A DNA stretch of 64,000 nucleotides, taken from contig CAVPIV010000003.1 of NCBI GenBank assembly GCA_963705085.1, positions 343,729-407,728 of the forward strand. The letters are read 5' to 3'. The notes under the pieces are model-generated. The model did not search any database. It was not told where the DNA came from and saw nothing but the letters and a program-made list of their open reading frames with translations. Source of the stretch: an uncultured Thermoleophilia bacterium (GTDB lineage: Bacteria > Actinomycetota > Thermoleophilia > UBA2241). The position numbers were made by a program, and so were the translations under genes. The first letter of the stretch is position 1, and each line of letters opens with the position of its first letter. Positions 56,979 through 64,000 of this stretch are shown in pieces.

Positions 56979-57695
56979 GTGGAACGTCCAGGCGAGGCTC
57001 ACGGCTGGAGGTTCACGCGCAGGGCGGAGCACCACGCGGGCACACTGACCGTCGGCTGCATCGCCGGGATGTGCTTCGCGGTCCTGTTCGGCCTCTGCGC
57101 GGTCCTCGTCCGCAGCAGCGTTGGGAGTGCTTCGGACACCACTGGGGCGTGGCTGGCCGAGAGCCGGCGGCAGGTTGAGATCGCCCTCGCCCTCCTCCCC
57201 TTCGCGGGGATCTTCTTCCTCTGGTTCATCGCCGTGTCCCGGCAGCGCCTCGGGCGCTACGAGGACCGCTTCATCTCGACGCTCGTCCTCGGCAGCGGGC
57301 TGCTGTTCCTCGGGATGGTCTTCGTCGCCGCCGCCCTCGGCGCGGCGATCCTGACCGCCTACTCGAATTCGGCCTCCTTCGCCGGCAGCGAAACCTACAT
57401 GTTTATCACGCTCGCGTTCTCGCAGTTGTTCGGCGTGTACGCGCTGCGCATGGCGGCGGTATTCCTCATCTGCCAGGCGACGGCGTGGCTGCGGCACGGG
57501 CTCATGCCCAAATGGCTGGCTTTGCCGACCTACGTCGTCGCCCTGGTGCTCCTGTTCGTCGTGGGCGTTCAGGCGTGGGCAATCCTGATCTTCCCCGCCT
57601 GGGTCTTCCTCGTGAGTGCCTACCTGCTCGTGGTCAGCGGCCGTGGCGGGGTCGACGAGGCGGGGGGCCCGGAGGCCGTGGGTCCCGACGCCTGA
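56979..57695 (+). CDS. Hypothetical polytopic membrane protein
   Basis: 238 aa, about 6 TM; no recognisable family. Confidence 0.45.
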   Translation: MERPGEAHGWRFTRRAEHHAGTLTVGCIAGMCFAVLFGLCAVLVRSSVGSASDTTGAWLAESRRQVEIALALLPFAGIFFLWFIAVSRQRLGRYEDRFISTLVLGSGLLFLGMVFVAAALGAAILTAYSNSASFAGSETYMFITLAFSQLFGVYALRMAAVFLICQATAWLRHGLMPKWLALPTYVVALVLLFVVGVQAWAILIFPAWVFLVSAYLLVVSGRGGVDEAGGPEAVGPDA

Positions 57696-58201
57696 CGGCC
57701 CTGCGCGGTCTAAGCCGGCGGGGTGTTCGCCTCGCGGTCGAGAACGTGTTACAGGTGACCTGGCCTGTCCGGGCGTCGCACCCCGCCGTATTGCACCAAC
57801 TGCAAGATCAACAACAGGGTCTACCGTCACAGCACAGCCGGCGATGAACTCAGGCTGCGGATCCATGAATCGCGGAATCCGGGGAATCTCGAACGCAATC
57901 CGATCGTCTCGCTGCGCCCATCTTGGAACACCCAGATTCCTTGGTGGGGAGCCTCTCCCGGCAAACAACGGCGTCAAGCCGGACGGCGCGCCCCCGAGAG
58001 CTAGAATCGAAGAGCAACGGCGGGCGAAGGCGCGGCGCCGCGCACGCCGAACAACGTTAGATGCATCACGCCTCACGGCGGGAGATCGCACTTGGGGCCC
58101 TCATACGCGCATCGCGAACGAAGCAGGGACCCCGATCCTCCAGCCCCTTTGTCAAGCTTGCCAGTGGGACCCTTCGACCTTGTCATTGAAAGGAGCAACC
58201 C

Positions 58202-58897
58202 ATGAACGAGCCTAGTTTGGCGGACAGGACCTTTCACATCATTATGAGGCGCATGGTGGAGACCGGTCAGGCTCCCCACTTCACTGAGATAGCAGCTGAC
58301 TTAGGTGTATCCATGGAGGAAGGGCGGCAGGCGCTTCATGCATTGATAGGTATAGGTCTAGGGGGCTGGCTATATCCTGGGACGGATCTCATTGTCTCCA
58401 TGGCACCTTTTCACAGTTTACCGAATCAGTATCGTATCACCATTGATGGTCAACAGAAGTGGTTTGCCCAATGAGCTTTCGAATCGCCAGCAGTCTGCTG
58501 GCTCTTTCCAGGTAAAACCGTCCATCTTGAAGCGCCCTGTCTCGATTGTGGCCAACCGATCCGCGTGGATTTCAAGGACGGGGAAGTTCTGAACAGTGAT
58601 CCCGAGGGACTGATTGGGCATGTGTCTGTTCCCCTTCGCCAATGGGCAGAGAATGTCACCTTCACCTGAAGTACCATGCACTTCTTCCGGTCGGAAGAAC
58701 ATCTGCGGAACTGGGCTGGTTTTGAGGCGGAAAACGAGGGCGGAATCATTTCCCTCTCTGATCTTGTCAAGTTGACTGCTATTGATCACTTCCGAAAGCG
58801 ATTGGAACCTGACTACATTTCGAGCTACTTTGGGGTTGGAGAGGTCATGAAGAGGTTGCAGGAGATCGGCAAGACAGATCCTTATTGGTTGCTCTAG
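58202..58897 (+). CDS. merB: Organomercurial lyase (MerB)-like protein with two in-frame UGA codons at the catalytic Cys positions (candidate selenoprotein, Sec at 58472-58474 and 58667-58669)
   Basis: AAAGGAG RBS 7 nt before ATG 58202. One continuous frame reads MNEPSL...YRITIDGQQKWFAQ[UGA]AFESPAVCWLFPGKTVHLEAPCLDCGQPIRV...ENVTFT[UGA]STMHFFRSEEHLRNWAGFE...DPYWLL. It aligns to MerB ...FEIDDRRLYAW-C96-ALD99...GRTARVSSHCAATGAPV...SFC-C159-HVHFFAS. Each UGA is followed at +12 by a 7-bp hairpin with a GUCU/GGUC loop. Local GC is about 50%. Confidence 0.6.
58486..58502 (+). promoter_or_regulatory. Candidate bacterial SECIS hairpin 1 (11 nt after the UGA at 58472-58474)
   Basis: GCCAGCA-GUC-UGCUGGC; conserved G and U in the apical loop about 20 nt from the UGA; resembles the fdhF apical stem-loop (UGCAG-GUCU-GCA). 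Confidence 0.5.
58682..58699 (+). promoter_or_regulatory. Candidate bacterial SECIS hairpin 2 (12 nt after the UGA at 58667-58669)
   Basis: UUCUUCC-GGUC-GGAAGAA: perfect 7-bp stem with a GGUC apical loop. Confidence 0.55.
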
Positions 58898-59161
58898 CCC
58901 GGATGTGATCTATCACGTGGTTTCAGTGGCCGTTCGCTGGTCCGGACCAGAGGATCCAATAAGCGCCTCAACCTGACGCGCACAAGATGGGCGGTTGACT
59001 GATAGGGAAGTGGGCCGGCACCGTCTACGCGGTGGCTACTGTGTCCACTCCGCCCGTCGATTCCGAGGTCAACTATGGGTTGAGCCAGCGTACTCACCAG
59101 CGGGCAGCCACCATTCGGATGGACACCCAAGAGCGGACGTCGCATGAAAGGAGCAGGGGCC

Positions 59162-59536
59162 ATGCACAGCAACTTGGAAGGTGTCCCCGTGGTGTTTCAG
59201 GCCGGCTCTTCATACGGCCGCCAAGTCGAATGGGGGGACATGGACGGGGGTTTTTGGGCTTTTCCGGCAGGGTTCGACAGCACGCCGCTCTTCGAGGGGT
59301 TGCCCTTTGGGTGCGAGTGTCCGCATTGGGGCTACTTGCTCAAGGGCAAAATGCGGGTGAAGTACGCCGATCACGAGGAGGTGATCGCGGCAGGGGAGGC
59401 CTACTACCTGGAGCCGGGTCACCTGCCGGTGATGGAAGAGGACTGCGAGATGGTCGAGTTCAGCCCCAAGTACGAGAGTCGGAGGATGCTCGAGTTCGCA
59501 GGTCGCGGCATGCCGTCGATGAGCCGGGTATCCTGA
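59162..59536 (+). CDS. Cupin-domain protein
   Basis: AAGGAG RBS; GYLLKGKMRVKYADHEEVIAAGEAYYLEPGH (cupin motifs). Confidence 0.55.
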   Translation: MHSNLEGVPVVFQAGSSYGRQVEWGDMDGGFWAFPAGFDSTPLFEGLPFGCECPHWGYLLKGKMRVKYADHEEVIAAGEAYYLEPGHLPVMEEDCEMVEFSPKYESRRMLEFAGRGMPSMSRVS

Positions 59537-59731
59537 ACACTCGCCGTCAAGGTGTGGGTCCACGTTGCCCACTGCCGGTCAAAGGGGGACGCGTCCGGTG
59601 CGCGGGCGCGTACGGCGCGCGGGGGCAGGCCAAGAAAGGCTACGCCGGGTTGCTGCTGGAAGAGCCCAACGCCAGCTTCACCACGTTCGATGCGCCCGCC
59701 GCCTGACGAGGTGTGACCCCAGGAGTCGTCC

Positions 59732-60373
59732 ATGGGAGTGATGGAGTACATGGCGGGCCAGCTGAGGAGGCCCTCGGGCCTCGTCGGCCGGCACGTTACT
59801 TCGAGGCTCCTGAACAGAGCCAACGTCGGGGTCAACCAGCTGACGCTGGCGTCGCTGGACCTCGAACCCGACGATCGGGTGATCGAGGTGGGGTTCGGCG
59901 CCGGCGACCTCATCGGTCGCCTCGCATCGGTTGTCGTCGAGGGCTCCGTCACAGGGATCGACTTCTCAGGTGACATGGTCGAGCTCTGCGCGAAGCGCTT
60001 CGCCTCGCTGGTTCGATCAGGGCGCGTCGACCTGCTGTGTGCGAGGGCGGAGCGCCTGCCCTGCGCCGCCGAGAGCTTCACCAGGGCCTGCACGGTCAAC
60101 ACGATCTACTTCTGGCGTGATCCGGCCGTTCCCCTGCGCGAGCTCAGGCGCGTGCTGCGCGCGGACGGCAGTCTGGCTGTCGGTTTCAGTCCCCGAGCCG
60201 TCATGCAGAAGCTGCCGGTCACGCGGCACGGCTTCACGCTCTACGAGCCGAACGAGATCGGCCGTCTGCTCGAGGCGGCCGGGTTCGGCGATGTCGAGAT
60301 CCTCCCCGGTCCCGACCCACGTGCGGAGTTCCTCTGCGCGGTTGGCACGAAGCACGGTGGGGGTGCCGTCTAG
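59732..60373 (+). CDS. Class I SAM-dependent methyltransferase
   Basis: AGGAG RBS; VIEVGFGAGDLIGRLA...TVNTIYFW... Confidence 0.7.
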   Translation: MGVMEYMAGQLRRPSGLVGRHVTSRLLNRANVGVNQLTLASLDLEPDDRVIEVGFGAGDLIGRLASVVVEGSVTGIDFSGDMVELCAKRFASLVRSGRVDLLCARAERLPCAAESFTRACTVNTIYFWRDPAVPLRELRRVLRADGSLAVGFSPRAVMQKLPVTRHGFTLYEPNEIGRLLEAAGFGDVEILPGPDPRAEFLCAVGTKHGGGAV

Positions 60374-60490
60374 CCAGGGGATCGAGCCGACTCGCGGAAC
60401 GGGTGTTGCCCAACTGCGGTCTTGCCCTCGCCACCCGGCAACGCCGGACACCTGGCTGACACGAAGCAGCAGCACAGGCGACGCGCGGGC

Positions 60491-60625
60491 ACGGCGGAGG
60501 TCAGGGGTTCGACTGCCCTGCGGTCCACCAGCCTCTCTACTCTCAGATGCAGGGATCTTCTGCGCTCTCGGAGCCGCTCAGGAGCCCTCGAAATGGTCTT
60601 CGGCAAACATCCGGCTAACGAACGG
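60491..60625 (+). repeat. Direct repeat copy 2 of the tRNA-Ala 3' half plus downstream flank (candidate attR of the island)
   Basis: acggcggaggtcaggggttcgactGccctgcggtccaccagcctctCtacTctcagatgcaggg...; ends about ggctaacgaacggg. Confidence 0.8.
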
Positions 60626-61094
60626 GTCGTTAGCTGGCAGCACTCGGCGGCACGTGGCATCACTAGTCGGCACTGCGGGGCCCATAGTCTCGCATGGCCG
60701 GAGGGCCTTCTTCACGCGCTCTCGCTACTCCCGAAGGGCGACTTGCTTTGTGCCTCGTCGAGTGCGACGGAGAAACCTCCGTGGCCGCGGAGACCGTGCT
60801 GCAGCCAGATCCGCGCGTCGTCGGGGGACAGGCCGGGACGCGTCGGGACCAAACGGGACTACTGTGCCGTCCAGCGGGTACGCCAACCTCATGCGAGACT
60901 CCTGAGATGAGCGACGCTCGAGACGGGAGACTGTGATCCGCCGGACGTACCAGACCAGGTCCCCGCATGGTTCGCTGTGCTAGCTCTTGGCATTGTCGGA
61001 TGCCACGCGTCTGATGGAGGGGAGGTCGTGTTTCAAGCATGAGTTTCAAGGCACGAAGGTAGCACGAGGATAGGTTTGTTAGGGGGGTTTCTCA

Positions 61095-61940
61095 ATGAGA
61101 AGGCGCATGATCGTTTGCGTCGTCGTGGCGATGATGGCCGTGCTGGGGTCTGGGCTGTTCGCCGGCTCAGCACTGGCAGGCCCGTCACCCATGACGATCG
61201 CCAAAGACATCCTTGGCCACGCTCCACGCGGGCTCGCCAAGACCGTCGTGCAAAGCGGGAAGATCCGCGTCGCGAACGACCTCAACTACCCTCCCCAGAG
61301 CTATGTCGACCCGAAGACCCACAAGCTCGTCGGCTTCGATGTCGACGTGGCCAAGAAGGTCGCTCGGATCCTCGGCCTGACCGTCGTGTGGAAGCACCCG
61401 GCGTGGGCGAACGTCATCTCCGGCCTGCGCCACGGTCGGTACGACGTCTCCATCGGTTCGATGAGTGTATCGCCCGAGCGCAAGAAGCTGGTTGCCTTCA
61501 CCGGCCCATACTACTTCGATGAGGGCCAAGTATTCGTGAAGTCGGGCGGCACTCAGATCACCGGTCCCGCCGACCTGGCCGGCAAGACGGTCGGGGTCGG
61601 CGCCGGCACCACGTACAGCGATTACCTGAACAAGAATACCCAAGCGATCGTGGAGACCTACGACAGCGACCTTGCTGCGCTGCCGGACCTCCTCAACGGC
61701 ACCATCGACTTCTGGATGACGAACCCCGTCACCGGCCAGATAGCCATCCTCGAGGGCAAGGCGCTGGAGTTCTCGGGCAAGCCCCTCTACTACGAGGATA
61801 TTGCCTTCGCCCTGAAGAAGGGCGAGAGCGACTGGCGGGCGCTCTTGAACTACACCGTGAAGCAGATGCACAAGGACGGCTCGCTGACCGCCATGTCGAA
61901 GAAGTGGTACAGCGGCCTGGACCTGACCGTCAAGCAGTAG
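61095..61940 (+). CDS. Polar amino acid ABC transporter substrate-binding protein (SBP_bac_3 family)
   Basis: Signal peptide; KIRVANDLNYPPQSYVD...LVGFDVDVAKKVARILG...GRYDVSIGSMSVSPERKK. Confidence 0.75.
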   Translation: MRRRMIVCVVVAMMAVLGSGLFAGSALAGPSPMTIAKDILGHAPRGLAKTVVQSGKIRVANDLNYPPQSYVDPKTHKLVGFDVDVAKKVARILGLTVVWKHPAWANVISGLRHGRYDVSIGSMSVSPERKKLVAFTGPYYFDEGQVFVKSGGTQITGPADLAGKTVGVGAGTTYSDYLNKNTQAIVETYDSDLAALPDLLNGTIDFWMTNPVTGQIAILEGKALEFSGKPLYYEDIAFALKKGESDWRALLNYTVKQMHKDGSLTAMSKKWYSGLDLTVKQ

Positions 61941-62396
61941 TTGGACTCCGCTCAACCCGGGTGAGACTGGACAAGTCGGGTGCCTTCAAGTGGGCCACGC
62001 GTAGGGTGTCAGAGTTCTTGGGCACTTGGCCGCGAAAGAGGTGTGGACTTGCGCGGTGGCCGGGCCCGGGCCAGTCGCCTCGCACAGAGACCCGCCACCC
62101 GTGAGGGCAGCGGGGCCTCCACGACATCCCCTTGGCCGCCGGCTCCCGAGGGTCCCGGACGCTCGTGTAGTCGCTTCCGCGTACTACGAAGAGCTGTCGA
62201 TCCCGGGAGCGTGTCCCGGGCCTCCTGCCGGGAGTCTTCACCTCGACGCGCTGAAGGCCTGCTGATCTGCTGCAGCAGCATGGATCTGTTCGAGAGGGCC
62301 TCATGTGAACGGGGGCGACCATCCGCCGCCTTGAGCGCTTGTCCCAGCAAGGCGGGATGGTCGCCCCCGTACCAGGGCACGGGCCTTGGCACGAAC

Positions 62397-62849
62397 CTAG
62401 GCGTGTGCGGCGGCAGGAGTAGGGGCGCCTGTCGGCGGGGCCGCCAGTCTGAGCTGGAAGAGCGCACCGAGACGGTCCGGGATCCCCCAGTGTTCGACTA
62501 GACGGTCGTCCTCGAAGCGGAGAGCGTCGAAGACGTCGATACGCATCGGGTGGCCAGTCGGTGGATGACCCATGAAGAAACCGTCATTGGTGCCGGTGCC
62601 GGTCATGCGCAGCCAGACGGTGTCGCCGTTGACGGTGATGTCGTCGATGGTGAGATGGAAGTCGGAGAAGGCGCGCCGTAGCGAGGAGATGATCGCTTTG
62701 AGGCCCTCCGCTCCGGGAGCGTGGTCGGGTCCGAAGTTCTGGTGTTCGACCATGCTGGGAGAGGTGAGATCGTCGACGACGTTCAGGTCGCCCTCGTTGA
62801 AGCCTTCCTCGATCAAACGGCGGGCGAGCACTTCTGGGCTAGATGACAT
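62397..62849 (-). CDS. SnoaL-like / ester cyclase-family protein
   Basis: Start MSSSPEVLARRLIEEGFNEGDLNVVDDL...; NTF2-like fold signature. Confidence 0.55.
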   Translation of the reverse strand: MSSSPEVLARRLIEEGFNEGDLNVVDDLTSPSMVEHQNFGPDHAPGAEGLKAIISSLRRAFSDFHLTIDDITVNGDTVWLRMTGTGTNDGFFMGHPPTGHPMRIDVFDALRFEDDRLVEHWGIPDRLGALFQLRLAAPPTGAPTPAAAHA

Positions 62850-62898
62850 GGTGTCCTCCATTTGAATACTGTTTGACTTTACTGGATACTGTGTTAGT

Positions 62899-63546
62899 AT
62901 GCCCAATATGTCGAGAAGCGAACATGCACGTCGCCGGTATCGCTCCGAGCTCCGGCGCGGTCAGGCAGAGCAGACGCGAGCGCTGGTGCTCTATGCGGCC
63001 GCGACCCTCTTCGAGGAGCGCGGCTACCAGGGCACGAGCATCGCGGCGATCGCCGAGGAAGCTCACGTATCGGCCGAGACCGTCTACGCCCGCTTCGGCA
63101 ACAAGCGCGCCCTGCTCGGTGAACTCGTGCGCCTTGCGGTCCGCGGCCCGGATCACGCGCCTGTACCTGAGCAGCGGGTCCCGAAGGCGCTGGCGGCGGT
63201 GACCGACCAGCACGAGCAGCTCCGGCTCTTCGCCGCCGACGTAGTGCTCCGCCTCGAGCGGGCCGCGCCGCTCGTTGCGGTCGTCACCGGCGCCTCACGA
63301 TCCAACCCCGAGCTTGCGCAGCTTCTCACCACGCTTCATGCCGACCGACTGAAGAACCTCCGGACGCTCGTGGACGCCCTCGCCGCGAACGGGCCGCTCC
63401 GGCTTCAGGGCGACGACGCCGTCGACACAGTCTGGGCACTCACGAGTCCCGAGCTCCACCAGCTCCTCATCCGCATCCGGGGGTGGAGTCGCCGCCGCTA
63501 CCAAGATTGGCTTGCCTCGAGCTTGGCTGGACTTCTTCTGCCCTAG
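62899..63546 (+). CDS. TetR-family transcriptional regulator
   Basis: N-terminal HTH: TRALVLYAAATLFEERGYQGTSIAAIAEEAHVSAETVYARFGNKRAL. Divergent from the SnoaL-like gene. Confidence 0.8.
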   Translation: MPNMSRSEHARRRYRSELRRGQAEQTRALVLYAAATLFEERGYQGTSIAAIAEEAHVSAETVYARFGNKRALLGELVRLAVRGPDHAPVPEQRVPKALAAVTDQHEQLRLFAADVVLRLERAAPLVAVVTGASRSNPELAQLLTTLHADRLKNLRTLVDALAANGPLRLQGDDAVDTVWALTSPELHQLLIRIRGWSRRRYQDWLASSLAGLLLP

Positions 63547-64000
63547 ATCGCGCGTGCGACAGCCAATGGCACCTGAGATCAGGTCACCCTTTCTCGACGC
63601 GTATCAGCCACCGCATGAGCGGCTGCGCGTGCTGCCTTTCTTGGCTTCCCCTCAGTTCGTCGCGCCAGGTTCGGCGTCGACGCGCACGGCCCAGTCAGCC
63701 GCCCCCCGCCGGTGCTCGCCCGCAAAGTGCAGGCGGTGCGTGAACGGAGTTGACTGCCCGGGCGTGGCGTATACATCCACGCACTCCACGTGCACCTCGC
63801 CCGGCGTGTCCCCTATCACCAACTCGACGGGTTCGAAGCCGCACCGACAGCATGTTCGAACCGTACGCTAGGTACTCCACGCCCCTGGACCTCCCGAGTC
63901 CGCCGGGCGTTCGGCTGGCGAGCTGCCGGCGGACTGCGCCCGATGATTCATGGTGCCGCCGGGCCGATTGGCCTCAGCTGTGGTTGCGTCCAATCAGGCA

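Noticed and set aside
56203-57178. ORFs 56203..56421, 56352..56768, 56423..56614, 56648..57178 in the island intergenic region
   Set aside because: Arg/Gly/Pro-rich off-frame-like translations with no conserved motifs; treated as non-coding.
58202-58897. MerB-like ORF as a plain pseudogene split into three short ORFs (58202..58474, 58392..58592, 58676..58897)
   Set aside because: All MerB-homologous segments are in one frame and the only interruptions are two TGA codons exactly at catalytic Cys columns. Each is followed by a SECIS-like GGUC/GUCU-loop hairpin, so Sec read-through is more likely. ORF 58392..58592 is off-frame noise.
54806-60490. Search for an integrase, recombinase or transposase within the tRNA-Ala island
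   Set aside because: None of the ORFs shows Tyr/Ser recombinase or DDE motifs. The island is reported as repeat-bounded but without a mobility gene.
1-64000. CRISPR arrays, rRNA genes, IS elements
   Set aside because: No short regularly spaced repeats, no rRNA-like conserved stretches, no transposase-like ORFs or terminal inverted repeats were recognised.

Overview
High-GC (about 70%) bacterial chromosomal segment, probably Actinomycetota-like: GTG starts are frequent, there are many 4-nt ATGA/GTGA start-stop overlaps, and at least one transcript looks leaderless. The main gene blocks are listed below.

- **Start of window:** a partial roadblock/LC7 gene, a translationally coupled small ORF, and a membrane protein with a degenerate GGDEF domain.
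- **IOR operon (+):** iorA, iorB, an ACT-domain protein and a PaaK-family CoA ligase.
- **Convergent block (-):** tatA, tatC and a class A PBP.
- **Atypical complex I operon (10.0-24.9 kb):** order nuoA-B-C-D-H-[I-N-term::NuoE-like]-[NuoF-like]-[2Fe-2S::GltD-like::Fe-S domain]-J-K-L-M-N. There is no canonical nuoE/F/G. A three-gene diaphorase module resembling the Bfu/NfnABC type sits inside nuoI instead.
- **nuoL/M/N and the ymdB-like gene** carry many 1-nt frameshifts, most simply explained as homopolymer sequencing errors.
- **Second PaaK-family ligase** in a minus-strand operon with a Liv-type ABC transporter (two SBPs) and a second ACT protein.
- **Housekeeping block:** tRNA-Glu, VOC/glyoxalase, gamma-carbonic anhydrase, malic enzyme, a two-subunit class I fumarase, DUF4126, a PCM-acylphosphatase fusion, HD and PHP phosphohydrolases, a CsoR/FrmR-family repressor-MTase-DUF362 operon, cardiolipin synthase, and a delta-60 repeat secreted protein.
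- **tRNA-Ala island (52.6-60.6 kb):** the locus carries partial direct repeats of both tRNA halves, which delimit a ~5.6 kb lower-GC island. The island encodes an organomercurial-lyase (MerB) homolog whose two catalytic Cys codons are in-frame TGA, each followed about 12 nt later by a hairpin with a GGUC/GUCU apical loop. This is a candidate two-selenocysteine MerB.
- **End of window:** an amino-acid SBP, a SnoaL-like protein and a TetR regulator.

No CRISPR array, rRNA or integrase was seen.
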